Positions 14,201 to 26,200 of a DNA stretch of 46,079 nucleotides are shown here, piece after piece (the first letter of the stretch is position 1; each line of letters begins with the position of its first letter). The notes beneath the pieces were generated by a model that ran no database searches, was not told the origin of the DNA, and worked only from the letters and a program-made list of their open reading frames with translations. The DNA lies in NCBI GenBank assembly GCA_963575745.1, contig CAUYUJ010000192.1, positions 620,001-666,079 on the forward strand. Direction: 5' to 3'. Both the position numbers and the translations under genes were made by a program. The DNA is from Prorocentrum cordatum. Lineage: Eukaryota.

Positions 14201-17200
14201 AAATGCGCGTGCCACAAGCGGAACTGCAAGCACCGTTCCCCGCGTATGCGCTATGCGAAGTATTTCGCACGAGCCATAAACCATGTCAGCCACGCCATCT
14301 ACCCCCGCTTCCCCGCGGCTCGTCCTCCTCAGTGTCTGCCCACATTCATAACTGGCAATATGCGGAGATTGCGAAACAGTCCAGACGTGCTAGTGCGAGA
14401 TGTGCCCCTGACAGCGAAGAGATGGAAAATGAAGCATTGCCAGGACGGAGGGGCGTTCTCTGCGACGGTCTGCATCGGACTCACCTCCCCAACTCCGCGC
14501 GCGACAAAGCTGCAACTCGTACTATCTTGTGCGCGAATGTGAAGTCCTCTCTGGCCGACGCCCAGCCCTCAACCCAAGCCCACGGGAGCCAGAAAGATTT
14601 ACCGATACCGCCACTGTCTGGACCTCTCCCAACATTCATTGTAATCGGGATTTCGAGGCGAGTCTGGCCGTAGCGACAGGCCCTCTCAAGAGGCCCAAAG
14701 GTCAAAATGACGGGAACGGGCAGCGGATCGATATGCTCTGTTCCGCCGAACCCCCAACTGACATTCTCGCCAACCCCTGGATCGCGTAGCCCCGGGCACC
14801 TTGAACAAACGCACTCGCCCTGGGCCAGCCTGCACCACTCCTGGGGGCAAGTTCTGGGACGCCTTCGTGGAAAGGATGACGACGGATTGAGCCCGATGAC
14901 TGGGCTGCTGGCCTGCCTTCAACCTGATGGGCCCCAGATAAAACTAGAATTAGGTCGGGCATGTCCTCCTGCAGGCGGATTCTGGAAGGACAAATGAACA
15001 ATAGTCAAAAAGTAACATCGAATAGTCCAAACATCGTCCCCAAACTGTAGAGGGACGTGCCCGACTTAAACCTAGAATCAGCCAGGTTAAGCGAGGCTCG
15101 GCCAAATCAGGTTGACGGACGACACCTATGCTTGTTCATTCGGTAGGCAGGTTCCGTACTACTCCAACATGCTTCCTCCATCGCTCTTTCTTCGGAAAAT
15201 GTGTTTGCCCTACCTCACTCAACGAGCTCTGCACGCAAACGTCTGAAAATGCATAGATCCCGTCAGGATTGATCGAGCTTCAATGACAAATTAAGATGTC
15301 AGTGGGGATCGATCGATTCTGGCGGATGATGGTCTGAAGATCTATTAAGACTACTCCGTCACTGATACAGCCAGACAGCTTGCGCAATGCCTTGCTAAAC
15401 GATGGCAGGATTGACAGCTGTACATGCAGCAAGCGCGCTCACATCATTGCACATCGGGTAGCGGCCTCTGTGTTTTGGCACCGCGGACAACCGTCGGCGG
15501 TTGCTCTTCCTTAGGCTCTAGACCCCTTTGCCCGCCGAAAACTGCAACCGACACAGCAAACTCAACGGGCTTAACATTGCAACAAACATAGACTCGCCAG
15601 TCGTCCGCCCACCTAAAATTCACAGCGAGGTATCCACACCCAACAGCCTCGAACTGCCACCCACATGTACTCACCCACCCACCTACACTGTCACCCAAAC
15701 GTCGTCGCCCACCCGTCCCAAAATTGCAACCAAGATGGCCTCGCCAACCCGACTCAAACTGAAAACCGAATCCGCCGTCCTCCGCTTGCCTGGGGTGCGA
15801 AGGCGTGTGAAATGATCGGCTGTCCCCCTCCCCCTTTCCCCCTCCCCCAGGGTCCAACATCTTGTTAAAGGAGGGGGGGGGGATCTGGGCTCCCTGGCGC
15901 ACCCCTGGAGACTCTGAACCTTCCAAGTCTGCCTTCTGTGGCCTCAAAGACGTTCCAAGACGGCCTGGACTTCCGAACGAATGGCACAAGATGCCGACGA
16001 TGGCTCCAAGACGCCCCAAGACGCCTTCGAAACGCCCCGAGAGGCCCAAGAGCCTTCCCAAGAGGGCCTCGAGAAGCACAAATCAATGAGTTCCCTTAGA
16101 TGTGTATTGTTTCTGCGGTGATCGTCTTCACGAACATCCGACACTCCAAGACGGCCCAAGGGGCCCCATACATCGCCTCAAAACTGCCCAAAAGCCAAGA
16201 GGGTTTCCAAAATGGACCAAATATGGACCCAAGACGGCCAAAGATCGCCCCAAGAAGGCCCAGAGAGAGGCCAAGAGGGAGAACACGAATCAAAAATCCT
16301 ATTTTTCCACCCCAAGAGGCCCCCCCGAAGGCCCCAAGCAGCCCCCAAGCGGCCCAAAAGAGGCTCCCAGTAAGTCCCAAGAGGCCTAAAAGACACCCCA
16401 AAACAGCCTCCAAGAGGCTCCACCAAGCCCCCCAAATAGCTCCCAAGACGCCCATGACTCCAAAAAAAAACCCAAAACCCCACAACGCCTCAACAGTGGA
16501 CTCCCCGCCTCTTCAGGGGGTTGGAAGAATGACGCAAACCTCTTGAATACCCTCCCCCATCCGTCACAACATTGCCACCGACGAATCCCAACGAACCCGG
16601 CAGCAACTGCAACCGAATTATCCACAGTCTCCCGCCTAAAACTGGAACCTTGACGTATCCATCCAAGCGCCCGAGAACTGCAACCCCACAAGATCCTCAC
16701 ATGCCGCGGAGATCACTGTCATCTGACTGCCCCGGCGAGTTTGGCCAATCAATCCGCAATATCCTGTTCCTCTTCGAACATATCCGGCACGCGCATGCAA
16801 ATCATGTGCACCGGCTCCCCCCGTGGCGACCGTGAGGGCATCGCTGCTTCTGTGCAGGGTGTAGCTCACCAACTTGTTCAGGCTGGGGTCTGCGACGAAG
16901 AGCTTCCCCCTTCGGCAGAGAATTCAATCGACGGCGTCGGCTGCGTCGCATTGATGACAGCTTTGGATCATACATCATCCTCGGTGCCTGAGGCGTCGTC
17001 ACCTCTATCTCCGCCCATGTAGCGTTCCGCCTGCACACAACCTCATTGATTCGCTGCTAGGGAACGAACAATGACATAAAACTCGGAGATCCGTACGGAT
17101 TTCTCGGATCTGCGCCAGACCCCCCTCACCGGCGCGCGGAGCGCGCCAGGGGCGGCGCCGGAGGCGCCGCCAAGGGGGGCCCAGCGCCGATCCGAGAAAT

Positions 17201-20200
17201 CCGCGCGGACCTCCGAGTCTACGACGACCCTATCTTCTTCCACGACGACCCTGGCTCGCGCTTCTGACTTCTCCGCGGTTCGAAGATCTTCATTGTTCAA
17301 GCACGGCGGCGAACTGCCGCCTTGCAAGGACACGCTGGCCGAGCTCACGTGTGTGCAGGCTCGCTCGCTCTCGTGAGCAGGCACACGCGCGACACTGGAG
17401 ATACAGTCGGGGCGTTGGCCGAATGAACCCCAAATCAGGAGCGAGGTTCCTTCTTCACAAAAGCTAAGCTTCGATGTCCCATGGAAAACCTTCGGGAAAC
17501 CTGAGGCAAGTTGCACAACAATCAGGGAGCACCGAGCCCGTCCCCAACGAAGACGGTTCCTTCTTCAGCGCTCCGACTGTAGCCCTAGACCAGAGACCAC
17601 CTCACATGCGCTCGAATGTTCGACAATCGTTCCAAAACAAACTCTTAGTTTAACTCTCAGGACCAAAATGCCGGCTACCCGTGAACTTCGAAGCTCAATT
17701 TGACAATGCCCGGGGTAGACGTCTCCGCTCAACGGCTACGTATACCTTAGTCGGACAGCACACTACAGGTATATGCGTGGCGGTCCCCGGTCTGCCCGAT
17801 ATCACTGCTGCCGTGCTTCGCGGTGAATGCAGCCTCGTATCTTGTGCAAGGCAATCAGACGATCCTAGACAAAGCCGTTCAGGTCAAGAAAATCATGCAA
17901 GCGCATATCGCAGACGACTCCGTGATGAGAAGTAAGCTGTCGCGCCCGCTCAGCCACGCTGCGCTGAGCAGCTGGCAAGAGCATATCAACAAGCTGCCTG
18001 TACGAGTCCACTGCTATGCCCTGCGGGTACTTGAGGTTGGTGTCTATCAGCGTCCTCATTGCCTGCCCGAAGGGCCACTTCACATGTATACATCTAGGAA
18101 GGAACGTCATCCACCGCCGCTTTACTGTAGAATATTCCCCCCCCTCTTCCTCCGGAGCCCGGGGTTCCCCCCCTCCCCTCTTCGAAAATTCTCCTTCTGC
18201 TGGACCCCCCTCCTCTTCCCCCCCCTTCCCCCGGCAACCCCTCCCTTAACCCCTCCCCCCCCCCTCCAGAAACCCAGGGGGGTCACTACCTGTTCGACCC
18301 CCCCCCTCCAGAAAACCACAGGGTGGTCACGACCAGTTCGAACCCCTCCCCCCTCACCGCCGGCAAACGACTCCCAGGTCCCCACCACCGTCCGCACCAC
18401 ATCCCCCACCGTTGTCCCCAGCACCTCTGTCCCCACCACCACTGCCCCCACAGTTCCCACCACTGTCCCCACTGTCCCCACTTTCCCCACCACCAATGTC
18501 CCACTGTCCCCACTGTTGTCCCACTGTCCACTGTCCCCGCCGCTGTCCCACTGAGCTGTCCCATTGTCCCACCACTGTCCCCACCAGTAGCCCCACCACT
18601 GTCGCACTGTCCCCACTGTCCCCACCACTGTTCCCACCACGGTCCCCCTCTCCCCACTTTCCCCACGGTCCCCACCAATGTCCCACTGTCCCCGCTGTCC
18701 CCGCTGTCCCACTGTCCTACTGTCCCCGCCGCTGTCCCACTGAGCTGTCCCATTGTTCCCACCACTGTCCCCAATGTCCCCACCAATGTCCCCACTGTAC
18801 CCCTGTCCCATTGTCCCACCACCGTCCTTACCACCGCCCTCACCACTGTCCCCACCACCACCATCCCCACCACTGTCCCACTGTCCCACTGTCCCCACCG
18901 TCCCCACCACTGTCCCACTGTCCCCACACCACTGCCCCCACCACCACCGTCCCCACCACTGTCCCACTGTCCCCACTTCTGTTCCAGTGTCCCCACTGTT
19001 CCCCCCATCGTCCCCGCTGTCCCCACCAGTGCCCCCACCAGTGTTTCACTGTCCCCACTGTCCCCGCCATTGTCCCACCACGGTCCAACTCTCCCCGGTG
19101 TCCCCACTGTCCCCACCACCGTCCCATTGTCCCCACTGTTCCCACCGCCGCTGTCCCACTGTGCTGTCGCACTGTCCCCAAGGTCCCCACCACTGTCCCC
19201 TTGTCCCCACTGTCCCCACCACTCTCCCCACTGTACCACTGTCCCACAACCGTCCTCACCACCGCCTTCACCACTGTCCCCACCACTGCCGTCCCCACCA
19301 ATGCTCCACTGTCCCCACCACTGTCCCGCTGTCCCCTCGCCGCTGTCCCCACCACCACCGTCCCCACCATTGCCCCACTGTCCCCACCATTGTCCCATTG
19401 TCCCCACACCACTGTCCCCACCACCACCACCGTCCCCACCACTGTCCCACTGTCCCCACTTCTGTTCCAGTGTCCCACCAGTTCCCCCCACTGTCCAAAG
19501 GAGCGGAGGCGTTTGCCCGCGGAGAGGGGGGGGGGGAGGGGGGGTTCGAACCCGTAGTGACCCCCCCAAATTTTCGAAGGGGGGGGGACGGGTTGGGAAC
19601 CCCCAGTTACCCCCCCCCGGTTTTCCGCCAGCAGCGGTAGAACACGCTCTGTCACAGATAAATATGCAGAAGTACACACAAAGAAAAATACAATGCTGAT
19701 GCACCAGACGCGCCATGCACAGGCGATGCCCATATTGGCAATTGTTGGGGGCTGACTGCTCGGGCCGGTCCCAGCTTCGGTCTGCCTCGCGCTTCCCTCG
19801 CTGCTTGACGCATGCTCGCCCGCTGCCCCCCTCACGACGGCCCACCCAGGATGCGTTTCTGGATGAGCTGGCGGAGAGAAGCGACGCGTCAACAAGTGTG
19901 CTCAGGATCCACGACAGCACCTCACTCCAACACCAAGGACTGGGGCACGGTCGAGTCTGATCGGAGAGGGCACGCGGAAAGGGCGTAAAAACCTCCTAGG
20001 GGCACGCTCCCCCAGGAATGCAAAGGTCAAATAGAGCGCGAACGCACAATACACGAGGCTATTATTGATGCGGACGGATCGGCATACTAAAGTTCATACC
20101 GAAGCTCTTGGGGGCGCATGTTCTACTTCGGCAAGCTTCCGCCAGCGGAGGCAACCTTGTTTTAGTTCCACAACCTTCCGCTGGCCCCCCGCCGCCTTCA

Positions 20201-23200
20201 GCCGAGAAAGCGATGGCTGAGAGGGCAGGGAAAAAAAAAACAAATACTTGAACTTGGAATTAACAATAAAAACTGAGAAAACTGAGAAATACTTGAACAA
20301 ACATGAATACTGAGAAAACGCGCACTTTGTCCACTGAACTTGGAATCGCGCTAGTGCCAGATCGAACCGTCCCGGTTCACCGAGCCGCACGGGAAGAGTG
20401 CTGGGGAGAGAAAAGGCAAGCATTAAATGGCGCTTGTCCCCCATACTCCTTCTCCTCCTCCTCCTCTTCCTCCTCCTCCTCTTTAAAAAGGCAAGCATTA
20501 AAAGGCAAGCATTAAAAGGCAAGCAGTAAGGGGAGTGTCGACGGAACAAAAATGCTCCCAAGGGGTCAAACAATCATCAAACAAATCCCCGTATTATTTT
20601 CGAGATATTTTTGAAATACTCCTCCGGTAGAGGGACGGGCCCGACTCAAGGCAAGCGTCGCTCGAGAGGCCCGCCGACCAGGCCCGCCCGCGGGAGCCCA
20701 GCAGCCCGCGACGAGAGCGCCGGCACCCTAGAGGCCTCCTAGATGGGGTCGGAGTAGATGGGGTCGGAGGATCGCGCCGCGTCGCCGATACATCGGCAAT
20801 GCATCGGCGATGCATCGGGGATGCAATGGCGATGCATCGGCGACGTTGGCGATGCATCGTCGACGCCGGCGCGGAGAAAATCGGGCTCCGCATCGAGCCG
20901 CATCGGCGATGCATCGGCGGTGTGGCGCGATCCTCCGACCCCATCTACTCCGACCCCATCTGGGAGGCTTAGACACCCGGAGCCTTCCTGCAAAAAAAAA
21001 CCGTGGACGGCCGGGCCGCGGCAGGCCGGGGGCGGCCGGGGCCGAGGGCTCATGGAGACTCTCGGCCTCCCGGCCCGGGCCAGACCTGCCAAAGCAGGCC
21101 GCAAGTGAGGGGGCCCAGGCGAGCGCGCGTCGAAAGGAGCCCCCCCCCCCCAAGAGAGAAGCCGGGAGTGGCACGGCGCCCGCACGGCCGCGGCCCCGCC
21201 GCGGGGCCCTCCGAAGCGAGAGGGGGCCCCGGGGACAGCGGCCTCGCGGAGGCAGGCAAGCACAGGTGCTCTCAGGGGGCTCCGCTCCTCTGGGCAGCTT
21301 GGCGCCGGTGGTGTCGGCTTCCCGTGATCCCGGAGTCGGGAAGCCAGCAGCCGGCACCAAAGCGCTGCTGGAAGAGAAGTTGGGGAGGAGGAGGAGGAGG
21401 AGGAGGAGGGGGAGGAGGAGAAGGAGGAGGAGGAGGAGGAGTAGGAGGAGGAGGAGGAGGAGGAGGAGGACCCCCTCCCCCTCCTACTTATGGTGGTGGT
21501 GATGGAAAACAAGCCCATCACCGTTGGCGCCGCTTTGACGAGCGGGGCCCTTCAGAGCCCCCGAGGGCCCTCTATAGAGCCCGAGGGCCTGCCTAAGGGC
21601 CGCCGAGCGTCGCAGGCTCCAATTGGAGCCCGAAGTCCGAATAGTCAGACTCGAAGGGCTCGCAGGGCTGAGCGAAAGCGACTGGAACATGCCTCCTCCT
21701 CCTCCTCCTCCTCCCTCTCCTTTCCTCCTCCTCCTCCTCCTCCTCCTCCTCCTCCTCCTCTCCTCCTCCTCCTCCCCGTCCTCCAACTCCTCCTCCTCCT
21801 CCTCCTCCTCCTCCTCCTCCTCCTCCGCCTGGAACATGTCCCTGTCCCTAAGCTGGGCATCGCCTCGTCACGATGCCAATCTTAGGGATTCAGCCCCTTA
21901 TAGTTTTCCAGGGCGCACCCCTGAGATGGTCATCGCCTTTGAGCGTGTCAATCTTGGGGCTTGGGATAAGTTCGAGGCTGGCGAATGTCGAATGAACCCA
22001 TGCAGGTTTCCTGTCGACTTGTCTGGGAGGGTGAAGGGGAACTGGGACACACAAATAAATACACACAAATAAAAATATCCTCCATATTTTCCATATGTTC
22101 AGTGTTTTTGTCTTCCCCCCCACTTCCCATATTTTCCCATATTTTCTGGGGAATCGCCGATTAAGTGTGTCTGTGTGTTTTTCCCCTCCTGAGAGGGGGG
22201 GGGCCGTCACTCGGAGCGCTACCTGAGGAACGCGGGGGGCGCCTCTGGCCTCGGCGAGCCTCGGCCACTGCTAGGTTTGAGTCGGGTCTGTCCTCCTACA
22301 GGGGGAATTTGGAAGAAAAATCATTACTCCAGATTTCGTAATAGAGGGGGGTCTCATTTCGGGGGGGGTCTCTTCCAAGCTATCTTGGGGGGCCTGGGGG
22401 GGTCTGGGGACGACGTTTTGGAGGGTTCTCCCACAGGGGGGGGTCTGAAATGGCTTGTCTTGGAGGGTCCAGACCCCCTCCCTTTTATTACGAAATCTGG
22501 AGTATCCAGGCGAAGGACCCACCCATATGAAGTTGTGGGTGCCGCAATTGTGAATATCTTCTTCGGTGAAGCTCCCTATATGGGGCCACGAAGCGCTGCG
22601 CTGGGCGGGGGGGGGGAACGCATGCGGGCGGTAGCACTGGGGCCGTCGGTGAAGCTCCCTATGAGGCCACGCAGCGCGGCACTGGGTGAGTGAAAATACC
22701 AAATTAGGCGTGTGGGGGACGCACGCGGGCGGTCCCACTGGGGGGTTCGGTGGAACTCCCTATGGGGCCACGAAGCGCTGCACTGGGTGTGTGAACATGC
22801 CGAATCTAGTGTGGGGGACGCATGCGGGCGGTCCCACTGGGGGGTTCGGTGGGGCTCCCTATGGGGCCACGAAACGCGGTATTGGGTGGGTGAAAATGCC
22901 AAATTTGGTGTGGGGGACGCACGCGGGCGGTCCCAGTGGAGGGTTCGGTGGAGCTCCCTATGGGGCCACGGAGCGCTGTACTGGGTGGGTGGCAATGCCA
23001 AATCGGGCGCGGTGGACGCATGCGGACGGTCCCACTGGGGGTTTCGGTGGGGCCCCGTTATGTGGCAACGAAGCGCTGTACTGGGTGGGTGACAATGCCA
23101 AGTTGGGCGTGGGGGACGCATGCGGGCGGTCCCACTGGGGGCTTCGGTGGAGTTCCCTGTGGGGCCATGAAACTTTGTACTGGGTACGGGAAAATGCGCA

Positions 23201-26200
23201 TGTGGGCGGTGCCGCTGGGGGCTTCGGTGGAGCTCCCTATGGGGCAACGAAACGCTGCACTGGATTTGTGAAAATGCAAAATTTAGTGTGGGGGACGCAT
23301 GCGGGCGGGCCCACAGGGGGCTTCGGTGGGGCTCCCTATGGGGTCACGAAGCGCTGTACCGGGTGGGTGAAAATGCCAAATTGAGCGTGGGGGACGCATG
23401 CGGGCGGTCCCACGGGGGGGCTCGGTGGAGCTCCCTATGGGGCCACGAAGCGCTGCACTGGGTATTTGAAAATGCCGAAATGGGTGTGGGGGACGCATGC
23501 GGGCGGTCCCACTGGGGGCTTCGGTGGGGCTCCCTACTGAGCCACGAAACGCTGTACTGAGTGTGTGTGAAAATGCCGAATTGGGTGTGGGGGACGCATG
23601 CGGGCGGTCCCACTGGGGGCTTCGGTGGAGCTCCCTATGGGGTCACGAAGCGCTGTGCCGGATGGGTGAAAATGTAAAATTGATTGTGGGGGGCGCATGC
23701 GGGCGGTCCCACGGGGGGGTCGGTGGAGCCACGAAACGCTGTACTGGGTATGCGAAAATGCCGAATTGGGCGTGGGGGACGCACGCGAGCGGTCCCACTG
23801 GGGGCTTCGGTGGAGCTCCCTGTGGGGCCACGAAGCGCTGCACTGGGTGTGTGAGCATGCAGAATTTAGCGTGGGGGACGCATGCGGGCGGTCCCACTGG
23901 GGGCTTCGGTGGGGCTCCCTATGGGGCCACGAAACGCGGTATTGGGTGGGTGAAAATACCAAATTTGGTGTGGGGGACGCACGCGGGCGGTCCCAATGGA
24001 GGCTTCGGTGGAGCTCCCTATGGGGCCACGGAGCGCTGTACTGGGTGGGTGAAACGCATGGAAGGAGGAGGGAAGGGAGGAAAGGGAGGAGGAGGAGGAG
24101 GAGGAGACGAAGAGGAGAAGTGGAAAGGAACGCGGGAACCGACTCTTCAAAACGAGGACCCAACACCACAGGATGGTTGGGGAACAAACAGATCATACTT
24201 ATCCCAGTGCGACCCCACCTAGGAAATGGAGCCCCTAAGAAAGCATCCTTAGTAGCAAACGTAAAGCTAAGCTAAATCTAAGCTGAAGCTCAGCTAAAGC
24301 TAAGCTAAAGCTAAGCTAACGCTAAGCTAAAGCTAAGCTAAAGCTAAGCTAAAGCTAAGCTAAAGCTCAGCTAAAGCTAAGCGAAATCTAAGCTAAAGCT
24401 AAACTAAAGCTCAGCTAAAGCTAAGCTAAAGCTAAGCTGAAGCTAAGCTGAAACTAAGCTAAAGCTAAGCTGAAGCTAAGCTAACGCTAAGCTAAAGGTA
24501 AGCTGAAGCTAAGCTAAAGCTAAGCTAAATCTAAGCTAAAGCTAAGCTGACACTAAGCTGAAGCTAAGCTGAAGCTAAGCTGAAGCTAAGCTGAAGCTAA
24601 GCTAAAGCTAAGCTAAAGCTAAGCTAAAGCTAAGCTAAAGTTAAGCTAAAGCTAAGCTAAAGCTAAGCTAAAGCTAAGCTGAAGCTAAGCTAAAGCTAAA
24701 GCTAAAGCTCCCAGGGGACTGGGGGAACCGCTCCCAGGGGACTGGGGGAACCGCCCGCGGCGGGTTGCACTGCCCGGCCCCTTTAAGCTATAGAGTAAGA
24801 ACCCTGCTAGGCAGAGCCTAGGTAGGGAAAAATACCCCAATTGGTCAAACATATTCAAAAAATAGTCCCCAGCATATGTTTTACTATCTTTGAGTATTCC
24901 TCCTGTAGAGGGGCACGCCCGACTGAATACTAGGTTAACGACTTAGATTTAGGGAACGGCCTTAGACCCAGAGCCCCCTCCTGGCCCCAGAGTTGTCCTG
25001 ATAGCAGCGTCTTGACTGTATTGGGCCAGTGCTGCCCAACCATGCGAAAGGAGGGAAGCCGTAGGGTGGCCTTGGAGCAATATCATGTGGAAGCAGTCAG
25101 TGGGGCATCAGAGGAGGGCAAGACTGTTCGATCCCTGTTGTCAATATCATTGTTGCCTCATGTGATGCCAAGGGCCTCATACAGTGCACTGCTGACAACG
25201 ACTAGCGGGCCCTGGAAAAGCTCCGATGAGGTACACGAAAGTCCTGCACAAGTGTCCGACCCGATGGCTGCCAAGCTACGAACTGAACTCATCAAGGGGG
25301 GCGAACAACAGAGGGCGTGGCCCTTCGGACCTACCTCCCTTCCCCAATTGCTCTAGTCACTGCCGCTGACATCCAAACTCCGTCACTTCCCCCGCTCTTC
25401 AACTGCAAATCCGTTCAAGGCTGGACCGCCGTCACGTGCCACGACCGAGGCGCTCCAGCCTGTACCAACTGGAGGCCACTGGAACAATCACTGCTGCGCC
25501 CTGCAGAGTCTCAATTCCATCCCTCCACCCAAGGATCTATCAAACAACAACTGCTCTTGGGCTGAAGGGGCCAGCTTCCGTGTTGATGCCTCTAGCAGGC
25601 ACGGTGGATACTCCTAAGCCCTAAGTCAACGTATAGAAATTCACGCGCCAGATGGCACAAATTCTCATGGTGTCGTTTGAGACTGCGGCGGCCTGCTCAC
25701 CAGCCAGACAACTGACCCGCGGATGAGCATCCTTTACTGGATACCATTACCTCCGGAGTGGCCTTGGCCGCAATGGCCGCCTTACCCACCTAGGTGGGGA
25801 CATACGCCTGGTCATTCAGATCTCGCGGGGTCCATCCCCACCTAGGAGGGTGGGCTGGTGGGACTGACATGCCATGGCCCAGCGGGATGGGGATTGGTCA
25901 GACGATGCTGAACTGATGACCCTGCTGACCTTCACCAGACATGGATTCGGGGCCGAACCATCACGATTCACGGTGCCAAGGCACAAACCTTCGACTCACA
26001 GCTTCGTCGCGCCCAATGGACCCGTGATGGGGCTACAGCACGGCTACCTCGCGGCAACAAGCCCGCGGTCTCCACACTGCCCCCCGCAAATGTCGATCAC
26101 TGCTGCGCCATGCCTACGCAGTGCCTCGTAATCACACATGTGCATGTGTGATGGCCCTGGTGACGGCTGCCAAAGCCCAACAGTTGCAGATCGTGGTCGA

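Larger units (their letters stand above)
22278..24926. mobile_element. GTCGGGC-family MITE expanded to 2.65 kb by nested insertions
   Basis: Left TIR tgagtcgggtctgtcctcctacagg, right TIR cctgtagaggggcacgcccgactga, flanks ctgctaggtt / atactaggtt; the family core resumes at ~24830. Confidence 0.8.

Noticed and set aside
17271..17301. Apparent terminal exon RQFAAVLEQ* in intron 5
   Set aside because: It would truncate the protein mid-blade, whereas exon 6 continues the motif; no other support.
20175..20195. Possible micro-exon AAGGQRK (aag|...|gt) between exons 4 and 5
   Set aside because: Exons 4 and 5 already join in phase into a sensible sequence; such 21-nt AG..GT windows arise by chance.
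22565..24055. CRISPR-like appearance of the 99-bp array (also the 168-bp hairpin array)
   Set aside because: The whole unit is repeated with no unique spacers, no cas genes are present, and the context is eukaryotic and non-coding.
24262..24708. Telomere-like array
   Set aside because: The unit AAGCTAAGCTA is not TTTAGGG-like and is internal to a nested element.
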